IMG/VR virus record: IMGVR_UViG_3300022562_000354
Coordinates: 45,945 to 109,944 of that record
DNA: 64,000 bases
Reading direction: 5' to 3' (one strand)
Source: a virus
Shown: piece after piece, positions 18,454 to 28,700 of the stretch
Numbering within the stretch: position 1 is the first letter of the stretch
Layout: the number at the start of each line of letters is the position of its first letter
The notes under the pieces: generated by a model
Seen by the model: the letters and a program-made list of their open reading frames with translations, nothing else
What the model was told of the DNA's origin: nothing
The model's database searches: none
Position numbers and translations under genes: made by a program

Positions 18454-20625
18454 TCACGGCGGGAGCCACTCGATCTCGTCGAGGTAGATGTTCGTGTTGG
18501 GGTTGATGATCGTCACACGGACGAACAACAGGTACTCACCGCTGCCGTTGTCAGCCGTGAAAAACTGCGTGTCGTACGAGAAGATCATCTCAGGCGTGCT
18601 GTCCCCCGAGACAGCCGTACGGCAACCTCGGAAGTCGCTGCTCTTGACCAAGTCCGGTACACCGTTGGCTCGTCCAAGATCGAGCCACCCGGATTGCTGC
18701 GGAACCTTGATCTGAATGATCATGCCGCCCGCGTGGTCCGTGACCTCCGCAGGGTCGATGACAGGAGAGCCCGCAAACTGGGATAGAAACAGGTTGGTCT
18801 GCGGACCCGGCTGGTTGATTTTGATGCGGATCCGACCAGTGTTTCGAGCGATCCCTGTGTTGAAAGCTCGGACCCAACGACGCTTATGGTTGGCCGAATC
18901 CCCAGCCTGAACCGCTGCGTAGTCGGACCCTCCAGCTTGGACTGGGCGGATGGCAGCGGCAGAGAAATCGACGCTTGGGTAGATGAGGCGGCCACCGTGG
19001 CACTGAAGACCCCCATCATCGGCAACGAGCTTCGCCGTCGAATCGTAGATATCCCCACCAGAGGGTAGGAGCGAGGTACCAGCCCAGGTCGCCCCAAAAC
19101 TGTTGATGTGGCGGTAATCCTCCAAGACGAAGTGGTCTTGGGTCTCCGTCTGCTTGTTGTCCGTGAGGGCGTTGGCCGTGTCCCACGTATTGTAGAGGAT
19201 GTTTAGGTCGCTGGTGCCCGTAGCTGCGGTCGAACCAGGGTTACGCCAGAGGGCGAGGTAGTTGGAGTAAGGCCAGTAGGTGAAGCGAGAGGCCCCAGCC
19301 ACCACGAGCCCGGTCTGTGTAAGTCGAGCGGTTTGACCGATCGCTGGAGGAGACCCAAGCGAGTAGTCGAGCGCCGTCCCGTGATTCAAGATCGTGGGGG
19401 TGCCTTCGTCGTAGAGTTGGTAGTCCACCAACGGACCGCCGAACTGGCTCAAGTCCCCTTGGACGATCGGGTAAGGTGCCTCGAAGCCTACCGGAACACT
19501 CGCCGAAGCGACCGTGTTCGTGTAGTAACCGTCGAAAAGGTCCCCGCAGACCCCAACCACATCCACCGCAAAGCTCGGAGAATCGTAGTATTCGATGCCG
19601 GAGACAAGTTGGGTAGTCAACGTTCCAGCCGGGGTCGTCGTTACCGCCGTAGGCGTCGGCGCGATAACGGAGGTCTTGTAGACGTTGAGGCGTTCGACGT
19701 TCTCGTACTCGGGACCGGAGGACGCGGAGTAGAGGTTGTCTGCGGTGAAAGAAGCCGCCAAACCAGCCGGTTGGATGGCCGTGAGGGTGTTGGCGTACTG
19801 CTCTCGCCAGTGAACGAGGAGGAAGCTGTCCGCATCCCCAGCCGCAGCGATCGTGTACGGGATGTTGAACTTCGCGAGCTGGTAGAGCGAGAAGTCTTGC
19901 CCATACGGGCTGTACTCCGAGCCCGGATAGTTGGCGAGGTAGGGGAACCGATCCGCCAAGCTGATCCAGTCGATACCGGAGTTGGAGGCCGTGTAGTCCG
20001 TCTGGCCGGTAGACCGTGTCAGCTCATCGAAGGCCGACCCTGGGATGCCGGGAGGGGGTGGGTTCTGCGCCAACCAAATGGCTGCGATGAGGGTTGTTTG
20101 GGCGGCGTTGGTGAAGTCCCCATCGGTCGTGCTGTAGAGAGCCAACACACCTCGGTCGGCCGGATACAAAGTCCCCGACAGAGAAACGGACGTGTCCGTG
20201 TTGACCGATACGTACTTGGTGACAACCCCGACCCCGCCGTCCGTCCAGCCTCCGTGGTACGCATCCTCCCCAACCGTGAGGACGTTGTTCCAGTAGGGAA
20301 CACCATCGTTGGGGATGTTCAGGTTATCGTACCCAATCCGGTCGGGACGAGCAGGAAAGAGCTGAGCCAGGGCCGCGAGCGCATCGGAAACCGACTCACC
20401 GTCGTACGGACCCCCAGCGGATCCAAGGAGCGGAGAACCCGAGTTGGGGTCCGTCTCCGGAACGCCGATGGCCGAGGCCATGTGAGCGTCGATGGGGTCG
20501 CCGATGTGCGCAGCGAGGTCCCCGGAACCAGAGAACGGGAAGGCGAGCGCAGACGCCGGGACCTGACCAGCCGCCAGCTTGCCGGGGCCGGGTTGAACGA
20601 CGGACGGGTCATTGTTGCTCGGCAT
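18454..20625 (-). CDS. Tail fibre/virion structural protein
   Basis: AHIGDPIDAHMASAI paired-His motif seen in trimeric fibres. G/T/S/D-rich composition. Confidence 0.6.
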   Translation of the reverse strand: MPSNNDPSVVQPGPGKLAAGQVPASALAFPFSGSGDLAAHIGDPIDAHMASAIGVPETDPNSGSPLLGSAGGPYDGESVSDALAALAQLFPARPDRIGYDNLNIPNDGVPYWNNVLTVGEDAYHGGWTDGGVGVVTKYVSVNTDTSVSLSGTLYPADRGVLALYSTTDGDFTNAAQTTLIAAIWLAQNPPPPGIPGSAFDELTRSTGQTDYTASNSGIDWISLADRFPYLANYPGSEYSPYGQDFSLYQLAKFNIPYTIAAAGDADSFLLVHWREQYANTLTAIQPAGLAASFTADNLYSASSGPEYENVERLNVYKTSVIAPTPTAVTTTPAGTLTTQLVSGIEYYDSPSFAVDVVGVCGDLFDGYYTNTVASASVPVGFEAPYPIVQGDLSQFGGPLVDYQLYDEGTPTILNHGTALDYSLGSPPAIGQTARLTQTGLVVAGASRFTYWPYSNYLALWRNPGSTAATGTSDLNILYNTWDTANALTDNKQTETQDHFVLEDYRHINSFGATWAGTSLLPSGGDIYDSTAKLVADDGGLQCHGGRLIYPSVDFSAAAIRPVQAGGSDYAAVQAGDSANHKRRWVRAFNTGIARNTGRIRIKINQPGPQTNLFLSQFAGSPVIDPAEVTDHAGGMIIQIKVPQQSGWLDLGRANGVPDLVKSSDFRGCRTAVSGDSTPEMIFSYDTQFFTADNGSGEYLLFVRVTIINPNTNIYLDEIEWLPP

Positions 20626-20626
20626 C

Positions 20627-23266
20627 TCAGCTTCTCCTGTTGAGGAGGTTCCCGGACAGCCGGAATACGCTCGCTACGGTCGTGTTATCGAGAGCCAAGA
20701 ATTTGATGCTGTTCTCAGCGTCAAATTCAGCCCACCGGACGAAGAGCACCAAGAAGAGTGTCCCCTTCTTCGCGAGAACGGAATCCGAGGTCGTCTCCAT
20801 GACGGTTGGCATCACGACCTTGTGGATCCGCTCGTCAGAGAGCGGTTGACCAAAGGCGTTGGGCTTGTAGTCCGTTGGGACGCTCGGGAAGTAGGTCCGG
20901 TTTTCAATGTCCGCGTCGATGAGCGCACGGCCGAAGGTAACCGACTCTGGGTTCGGAACGTACGGAACCACGGAGGTCGTCCTCAAGAGGCCGGTCGTCG
21001 CGTTGAAGTCTGCCACGAAGACCCCAAGGTCTCCGTCCAGCTCATGCTCCCCAGAGAACCCGCCACCGACCTTGATGATGCCGCCCGTCTGTACGTACGC
21101 GAACGGGTACGGGTAGCCCTCGCCTTGAGAACCTGAACCCGTGGTGATCGAGTAGAGGAAGGGGGAGATCCAACGAGGGATCAACGTGAGGCTTGTACCA
21201 AGAAGGGCCGAGCGCACTGTTTGAGCGGCTCTCGCTTGGTAGTAGATCGTCATCTGAACGCCGGACTGAGGCATCGGACGGATGGCCTCATAGTCCACGT
21301 CGATGATCTGACCGGGCGCCGCACCAGGGGCGTTGAGCGTCAAGTAGCGCCCGTCAGCCGTAAGGGAGCCACCCGAACCAGCCAAGGGGACACCATCCAC
21401 GCGGACTTGGGTGAGCGACTGAACCCTCTCCGGCAGGATGTACTTGTCCGAGCTTCCCTCGGTCGACTCCGATGATATCGACACGCTCTGCCCAAGCGTC
21501 CTGTACTGGAGCTGGACCTCGCGATGAGCTTTGTCGATCGCTTGGGTCTGCATCATGCTCCACGCCACGGGATCGGTTCCGGGGAGAGCAGGGAGACCTG
21601 GGTTGTTGATGTAGAAGCTGTCCGCCCCGAAGTCGTCCGTTGGCGTCTTGGTGAGCCCGTTTCCGGGCGGGTAGCCGATGAGCAAGTCAATGTACATCGG
21701 CTCGATCGTCAAGCCAGGAATCGGAGGCTCCCCGAGCGTGATGGTGATGGTGCCAGGGGGGTACGTCCCAAGACCCTCGATGCTCACAATGGGGAAGGGT
21801 TGGCGTCCTGTCAGCGTGGTCGCCTGCGTAAAACCGACCTCCAACGCTTTCTGAACCGCAAGGGTGCCGTGGATGCGAGCCCCAAGAACGTCTACGATTC
21901 TCGTGCCGGTTGGCGCACGGGAGATGAATCCGATGGTCCCTGGGAACGGGAACTGAGAGATGGCAGCCGGATTGATCGTGACCGTTGTGCCCGTTTGCCA
22001 AAACGCATCGGAGACGCCTGGATCGCCAGGGGCGATCATGAACGTCATGACCTCGTAGATGACACGGTCCGAGAAGAACCGGCGCGAACAGTCGAACTGG
22101 CCGATGAACTCGGCCCCCGGCGTGTCACCCGTGAGGACACCGTCTCCAGGGAGGGAGCCTATCTCGTCCGCAAAGAAGACCGTGTGCCCGTGGACACCGC
22201 CTCCAAGCGACGTGACCTCCCATTCCGTCTTGAGGGCGTTGTCGAGGAGGTATTGAAAGTTCTTCTCCCCGACTTCGTTGTACGAGCCCCAGCCCGTAGG
22301 GGACACCGCCTGACGAAGATCCGCGATATCCTTGAGGACGAAGATGTCGTGGAAGAGACCGTCCGGACGATCTGAGGGGCCGGGGGTGGCCACCCCTCCG
22401 TTGTGGTTCAAGTTTCGGGAGAATGCCGTTGTGTTGCGCCGGAACACCCCGACAAGGGGGATGGCGTACATGTAGCCGTCGACAGTCCCCAAACCGTTGG
22501 CGGGGTTTCCGTCCCCAGCCACCCAAAGACCAGGATCCCCGTTGGCGCTCTGACTCGCGTACGTGAACGCCGTGGCGGCCCCGTCAGGGGTACCAGCGTT
22601 AGGCGGCACCGTGTTGGCGACAACCACGGGATCATCAATCCCAAAGGGATAGGCGAAAAGGTCGATCCCAGTGATGACCCTCAGACGGTATTGAATTTGA
22701 ACACGTTTCGTGGTTTCGGAACCGACCACTCCGTCGAGGATGTCGTCGGCGTAGTTGAGAACCGCGTCATCCGCTGCCTGAATCTTGACGTTGCCGTTTC
22801 GCCAGATACGACCCGTCTGACTCTTGCCGTCCGTGTTCGGAGACGCGGAGAGCAGCATCCGCCAGACTTCAAGGATGACGATGTCCGACCTCTTGGCGCC
22901 ATCCCCCGAAGGTCCGGCTCCAAGGTTGAGCAAGTTCGTCGTCGTACTGCCCGTGTAGGCGACCGTGATAGGCCACCCGTTGACAAGAGCCTTGAGGTTG
23001 TTGGCAAGGACCAGCGTGTTCGCAACGACCGAAGGGACGAAAATGGCGTTGGCCGTGTCCGAGGTGTTGAGCGGGTCATGGGTCAACCACCCCGAAGGGG
23101 AGAGCCGCCTTACCGCTTCGAGGACTCCTCCGAGGTCGATGTCCTCGGAAAGATTCAGCTCCTTGTCGAGAACTGGCTTGCCGGCCTGAAAGGCAACGGT
23201 CTCGAAGGAACGGCCATCGGGATCGAGGTACCCTGAAACCGCAGGGCCGAAATTCTTAGAACCCAT
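20627..23266 (-). CDS. Baseplate/tail-fibre-associated protein, paralog of 5825..10390
   Basis: Shares FQAGKPVLDKELNL, VNGW, LEVW, ETTxRVQIQYRxRV, GDPGLWxAGDG, LGTVDGYxYAIPL..VFRRN and RPDGLF with 5825..10390. Confidence 0.72.
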   Translation of the reverse strand: MGSKNFGPAVSGYLDPDGRSFETVAFQAGKPVLDKELNLSEDIDLGGVLEAVRRLSPSGWLTHDPLNTSDTANAIFVPSVVANTLVLANNLKALVNGWPITVAYTGSTTTNLLNLGAGPSGDGAKRSDIVILEVWRMLLSASPNTDGKSQTGRIWRNGNVKIQAADDAVLNYADDILDGVVGSETTKRVQIQYRLRVITGIDLFAYPFGIDDPVVVANTVPPNAGTPDGAATAFTYASQSANGDPGLWVAGDGNPANGLGTVDGYMYAIPLVGVFRRNTTAFSRNLNHNGGVATPGPSDRPDGLFHDIFVLKDIADLRQAVSPTGWGSYNEVGEKNFQYLLDNALKTEWEVTSLGGGVHGHTVFFADEIGSLPGDGVLTGDTPGAEFIGQFDCSRRFFSDRVIYEVMTFMIAPGDPGVSDAFWQTGTTVTINPAAISQFPFPGTIGFISRAPTGTRIVDVLGARIHGTLAVQKALEVGFTQATTLTGRQPFPIVSIEGLGTYPPGTITITLGEPPIPGLTIEPMYIDLLIGYPPGNGLTKTPTDDFGADSFYINNPGLPALPGTDPVAWSMMQTQAIDKAHREVQLQYRTLGQSVSISSESTEGSSDKYILPERVQSLTQVRVDGVPLAGSGGSLTADGRYLTLNAPGAAPGQIIDVDYEAIRPMPQSGVQMTIYYQARAAQTVRSALLGTSLTLIPRWISPFLYSITTGSGSQGEGYPYPFAYVQTGGIIKVGGGFSGEHELDGDLGVFVADFNATTGLLRTTSVVPYVPNPESVTFGRALIDADIENRTYFPSVPTDYKPNAFGQPLSDERIHKVVMPTVMETTSDSVLAKKGTLFLVLFVRWAEFDAENSIKFLALDNTTVASVFRLSGNLLNRRS

Positions 23267-23282
23267 CTCAGAGGATCTCCTC

Positions 23283-23297
23283 GATTGAACGATTACC
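23283..23297 (-). promoter_or_regulatory. Putative promoter, GGTAATCGTTCAATC
   Basis: The 12-mer TAATCGTTCAAT recurs exactly at 53887..53898. It is followed by GAGGAG and the ATG at 23266. Confidence 0.45.
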
Positions 23298-23315
23298 TAC
23301 GGGGTGGGTCATGGC

Positions 23316-23987
23316 TCAGAAGCTCAGTCGCCAGACGATCTCCAGCGTCGAGGTGGCGGGCTTGTTAATGACGGGGAACGTGAGGTAGTTCACCAAGGTC
23401 TCTTTGGTGGTCAGGTCTTCCAGCGGGTCGTAGGGACCGTTCGGCGGGAGGACCGGGTTACGCACGGACATGTTGGTCGAGATGTTGCCCCCGATGAGGC
23501 CCATCTCGACCAGAGGGCCGACCGCCTCTGACTCCGTGTAGATGGTTGTGAAGTCCACCACGGGGGTCGGGATAGCGGTCGGGACGCCGGCTGCGTCGAT
23601 GAACTGGGTGTTGGCGAAGGTCTTGCGCGTCAGCTCGGAATAGAGAGAGCGTTGCGTCGTAGACGGAGCCGGTGGAGCCAAGGGGTTCCACCCGATGTCC
23701 CCAGTGCCCATGGCGAGAACGTAGATCCCTTGGGGCGGCTCCTCGTTGTCCTTCATGAGCCGAGCGACGAGGATCGAAGCATCCTTGACGATGATGTTCC
23801 GTAGTTCCCGGCGATCTTGAAGAGCCCCCGTCTTACCGTCGCGCAGCGTCATGAAGACGTCGCCACGAATACCAGGGGCTTTCTCCTCGAACCGCGACTT
23901 CAGATGCCCGAAGAAGCGGGAAGCTACGCGGGAAAACCTCTCGTCCAGTTTCATGTTCATCTTCTCCGGGTCTGCGTTGCAGCTCAC
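23316..23987 (-). CDS. Tail-collar/fibre-like beta-sandwich protein (DUF3751-like)
   Basis: NIIV...LAMGTG...LYSELTRK...EAVGPLVEMGL...FPVINK...LEIVWRLSF. Start codon uncertain. Confidence 0.7.
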   Translation of the reverse strand: MSCNADPEKMNMKLDERFSRVASRFFGHLKSRFEEKAPGIRGDVFMTLRDGKTGALQDRRELRNIIVKDASILVARLMKDNEEPPQGIYVLAMGTGDIGWNPLAPPAPSTTQRSLYSELTRKTFANTQFIDAAGVPTAIPTPVVDFTTIYTESEAVGPLVEMGLIGGNISTNMSVRNPVLPPNGPYDPLEDLTTKETLVNYLTFPVINKPATSTLEIVWRLSF

Positions 23988-24015
23988 GAATGGAGCTTCA
24001 ACACACCGGAGAAGC

Positions 24016-24029
24016 TATAAGAAAAACCG
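24016..24029 (-). promoter_or_regulatory. Putative late promoter, CGGTTTTTCTTATA
   Basis: Intergenic AT-rich motif matching 10427..10440. Confidence 0.45.
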
Positions 24030-25778
24030 TCAGATGGTTTCCAGCTCCTCGGCAAGCCCCAAAGTCTCGGTCAGGTGAACACCAAGTGCAGTTTCAACAC
24101 CCTCAGCGAAGCTCATTGCCTCAGCCAAATTGACCTGGACGACCGTTTCACCCGGTACCAGGTCGAAGTCCTCCGTGAAGGCCATCGTCTCGCCGACGTC
24201 CGTACTCGTGCTAGCTACGGTCCCAAGACTCTCGGTGAGGTGGAGAATCTCGGCTGGGTTGATGTAGTGGCGCCGTAGCGTCGTGACAGACGGCGGGAAC
24301 GGAGAGAGGTTGTCAGCCGTCGTGAAGGCGTAGGGCGGGGATGGATTGCCGTCGAACAAGACCCACGTGGTCGCATTCAAGAGCGACACATCCTCGGGCA
24401 AGTGGACTTGCGTAAGGGTGAACGTGGCCCCAATGTCGATCGGCGGTGGGAGCGCATCCTCTTCCGCATCGGATAGATTGAGCTTGGCTTCCCCGAGACG
24501 ATAGAACCCAGCGAAAAGAATCGACGTATTGAGGTTCGTCGCAACAGGCGTGGGGACCACGCCGCCGCCGTGAGTGAAGAGCGGGGGCGGGTCAACTGGT
24601 TGTGGGAACGTGTACTTGTCGAAGGCTTGCGTACACGTATCAACCTTGTCGACTTGAATCGACGAGGTAGCCGCTCCGCCCGTCTTGAGGGAGGGTGAGA
24701 AGAAGACCAACCCCTCGGGGTTCCCAAAGAGGCTGCGAACCCCAGGATCGACACTGGCAACAGGAAGATCCGGTAGAACATCCAACCCCTCTTGGAGTAG
24801 GACGGCTTCCGAAAGGCTCATCTCGACGGTCGAGCGCCCATCCGGGTTCTTGGTGATGTTGAGCTTCTCGATGAAGGGGATCGTCTCGGTTAGCTGGACC
24901 GCGTGTTGGGTCTTGTTGTCAAACCCAGAGTTGGTGACCAGCAGATCCTCAGATAGAGTCAGGTACTCCGCCAAGGCGTTCGGATCTTCAGGTCCAAACC
25001 GTTGGGCATCGACGATGACCGAGACCGCCTCTTCAATGCGGACGATTTCGGATAGGTCAGGCCCTTTGGACTTGATCGCCCGTACTTCCCCAGTGAATAG
25101 GGTCAGGGGGACCGAAGTACGTAGCAGCGTCTTCGACCACGTGAATACTTTGGTCGGAGGGAGAACCACCAACCCATCGGATGTGGTGACATTGGAGGAA
25201 ACCGTCACCACGTGCGGGATGCTGGGAACCAACGAATCGACGGTCAGAACCACGCGGGTAGCGTCCGACCCCTTGTTTGGAGTCGCATCCGTGACCGTCA
25301 CGGACGTACCATCTACCGTTTGGACCGTGTAGTTGGACGGATCCGTCAAGGCGCTGTCCACCAACATGGGCTGGTGGAAGACGAGGTTGATTCGAGTAGC
25401 GCTGAGAGGGCGAGCTATGAAACGAGAGGCGACCGGGAAGCCAGTAAAGTCGGCCGTGTTGTAGAGGGGGTCGACCGTAACGAGGTCAAGACCTTCCACA
25501 TCCGGCGATACCGTGACCGTGTAGGGCTCGAAATTCTGCTCGGTGGTGATGACCCGGATGGAGTTGGGGTCCGAGTCCGCAACGACACGGAGAGCCGTGA
25601 GACTGCCACTGAAGTCGTAATTGGCAACGTCCAGGGTGGCGGCGGCCGTCAGATCGATGGGCGCCGTGAAGGTGATAACCACCGTGAAAGGGTTGATGGA
25701 CGTGGCCCCGAGGACCGCGAAAAGAGTCCCTCCACCACCGAAGGGTCCACCACCGTAAGGGCCGCTACCGTAGGACAT
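24030..25778 (-). CDS. Ig-like-domain virion protein with short acidic repeats
   Basis: Two Ig-like units (VITFTAPID...VANYDF; LVFHQPM...PSNYTV), a GSGPYGGGPFGG N-terminus, and eight E-x-x-x-(L/F/I)-x-E repeats. Confidence 0.68.
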   Translation of the reverse strand: MSYGSGPYGGGPFGGGGTLFAVLGATSINPFTVVITFTAPIDLTAAATLDVANYDFSGSLTALRVVADSDPNSIRVITTEQNFEPYTVTVSPDVEGLDLVTVDPLYNTADFTGFPVASRFIARPLSATRINLVFHQPMLVDSALTDPSNYTVQTVDGTSVTVTDATPNKGSDATRVVLTVDSLVPSIPHVVTVSSNVTTSDGLVVLPPTKVFTWSKTLLRTSVPLTLFTGEVRAIKSKGPDLSEIVRIEEAVSVIVDAQRFGPEDPNALAEYLTLSEDLLVTNSGFDNKTQHAVQLTETIPFIEKLNITKNPDGRSTVEMSLSEAVLLQEGLDVLPDLPVASVDPGVRSLFGNPEGLVFFSPSLKTGGAATSSIQVDKVDTCTQAFDKYTFPQPVDPPPLFTHGGGVVPTPVATNLNTSILFAGFYRLGEAKLNLSDAEEDALPPPIDIGATFTLTQVHLPEDVSLLNATTWVLFDGNPSPPYAFTTADNLSPFPPSVTTLRRHYINPAEILHLTESLGTVASTSTDVGETMAFTEDFDLVPGETVVQVNLAEAMSFAEGVETALGVHLTETLGLAEELETI

Positions 25779-25784
25779 GCTTCA

Positions 25785-28700
25785 TCACGGGGTTGGATCG
25801 ATCAAGAAGTCGACGTTCCCTGTCTCGACGTTCTTGATGAGTTGGTACACGTGGTAGTCCCCGTCGAGGAAGTCGAAGGGGATCGCTCCGAGAGTCGTGT
25901 TGGAATTGAGATCGAGGAGGCGCACCTCTCTGTCCCCAAGCGGGGTACTCACGAAGGCCAAGGCGGCGGTGAGCCCGAAGGCATTGAACCCGAAACGAAC
26001 GCCCGTGTCTCCTGTCCCCGCTGTCGCATCGTTCAAGAGCTTGAGCCGGAAAGTGACCTTGGTGCTCAGACCTACAGGGTCCGTAAGCGGCGTGTGGTTG
26101 CGGTAGATCGTGTTCGTCGAATTGGACGTGGAGTACGTCAAAATCGACGAGAAGGCATTGGCCGAGACCCCACCGGGGTCATCGGACTCCAAAATCCAGG
26201 GCGTATGAAAGCCGGGGTCGTTCTCCGGGAGAACGTCGGCGTTGTAGACCGCACAGACTTCCTTCGTCCAGTTGAGCTTGAGGACGATGGGGTTGTACTC
26301 GTCCGAGAACGGAGCCACATGGTCCTCTTCGCCCTCGGTCTGCTCGAAGACATCGAGGCAGTTGTAGAGGACATCATCCGGGACGATGAGACGGACCTTT
26401 GTGGTGGCGTCGTTCGTTACGAAGTCCCCATCGTTGTTGAGAACGTCCTCCGGCTTGTTCAAACCCGAGACGAACTCAAACGTGGGCGTCGGCCTCCGTA
26501 CCTCATAGGTCTGGGTAGAGGGGACCAACGGGGTGCCCTCGTTGAGCCGCGTGAAGGCGATAGCCCCCACGTTCTCCACGTACTCGTTCCAAGGGTACGG
26601 GATGCCCGTAGAGGAGGAGCTGAATTGCGTGTGGTCGTGAGCGATGGACCCGAAGAGGTGCTCCGGGGACGACATGACGTTTCGCTGGTTCAGGAATTGG
26701 TGATGCGGAACGATGCGCATCTCTGTTGGGGACCTTGTCACTCCGTAGCGAACGAAGTCCCAGCTCGTCTGAGAGATGTTCGCGGGGTCAAAGGCTCCCC
26801 ACGTGATCGAGGCTAGGCCGTTGTTGATGGCCCACGGGATCCCCAACTTGTTGGACGGCAGTACCACTTCGCTGTAATCGACCCGGATGATCGGTGTGGG
26901 GTTCGTGTCAAAGAGGAGTGACACCGAACCCCCTGGGTCTTTCACGAGCCGATAGCGGTGGGGGGAGGTCCAATCGGTTTCGTCTGGGATGCGGTAGGCG
27001 ACCTCACTCGGGATGGTCGGGAAGACCCCCGAGATCGTCAAGGTGGTGGACCCGACACCTACGACTTCGTAGACTCCCTTGTTGGAGCCAACGTCGATCA
27101 CCAGGTCCGACCCGGCGACAACCCCCGCTGTTGCGAAGTCAGCCGTTGGGTCGGTCAGAACGTTACCGGCAACGGAGGCGTGCCCCGAAGCCAGCAAGGG
27201 AAGGTGGTACCCGATCAGAGAATCGGAGTCGGACCCCTTCCAGATGCCCACGTACTTACGCACCCCGCTCGTCGGCTGCGCTCGCCAGACGTTGAAGTAG
27301 TGCCAATCGACCACGGACTTCGCAGAAACGCTGGCCCCGGTAGAGGAACCAAACGAGATGGTCGGCGTCCCCAAAGATGCGATGAACGACGTGTAGGGGT
27401 AGTTCCCGAGCAGGTCATCGTCGATGAAGAGCGAGACCAGGTCCCCCGTTGTATTTTTGACGATTCGATAAACGTGAGCCTGCCCGTCGCCCCAGTTGAA
27501 AGTGAACTCCGAACCGGGACCAAGCAACGTGCCGTCTGAATGGAAGGCGACCTTCTTGACCCCGGCGTCCTCACGCAAAAGCAGACCGATGGCTCGATCC
27601 CCATCAAAGATGTCGATGGTCGCACCGCAGAACCCAACGGGTGTGGCGTCGTTGACGAACGAGACCACCTGGAGCTTGAACTCCCCGTAGTAGTCGATCG
27701 CCGGAGCAACGATCCGGTCGGGGGACGCGAGCCCCTCCGTGTCCTCCACGTAGTACACCCGCCCGTCTGCGAGCGAGGTGTCCGAGATCCTCAAGATCCG
27801 ACCCTGCATGGTCGCGGAGGCGTTCCCCAAAGAGGACCATGCGTCGGGGGTCGCGTCTCCAGGGAGGGACCGCCCAGGGTAGCTCACCTTTGGTTGCGCT
27901 AAAGTGGGGAAGAAGCTGAGTTGAATCAGCCGAACCCCATCGTCGATGGCGATCATCACGGCATGCGGATCGATCCCATGCGTGTAGGTTCGCAGTTGGA
28001 CATCCACGTCCAGAACCACGTCGGCGGAGATTTGGATCAGAGGTTCGATCCTCGTGAACCCCCGGAAGTCTCCCCCTACCAGCCCGGCATCTTGTGTCGT
28101 GGCCGAGGTTGAATCGAGGAGGAGTTGACCCCCTGATAGGAGCGTCTCGTTACCGTGGTACCCAATAGGCGTCCACGGGTAGATGGCGTCCTCGGGGGTG
28201 GCAGAACCCTCGTAGGAGACGAAGACCGAGGGCGTGGACTGGGTGGGGTTCGTGGGGAGAACGAGGTATCGGAATACGTCCCAGAGGCTCTCATTCTCCG
28301 CCTGGCGGTCGAGAGAGCCGAAGTAGACCCCTTGGAGCTGGTCGAAGGGGTCATTCAATTCCTCCAAGAAGGGAAGCTCGTCGTCAAAAATCCGAAGGGA
28401 CTCGACGACTTCCCCATCTACAAAGAGCTTTACGATCCCATCCCGACCTCGGAAGAATCGGTAGCTGTGTAGGACGGACCAGTCGAAGTCGAACGGAAGC
28501 CCCGAAGGGTCATCGTTCGCAAGGATCCCTCCCGACCACGCGGATAGATCCGCCAGTTTGTTCCCGAACCCCCGCTTTAGGAACCCGAGCTTGCGGGTGC
28601 CCCCGTCGTCCAAGTAGCCGAGCACGACCGCCTTCTGGTCGTCGCTCCAACCTACAGCGATGCCCGTGAAAACCCCGTTGGGGGTTGCCGTGTTGACCTT

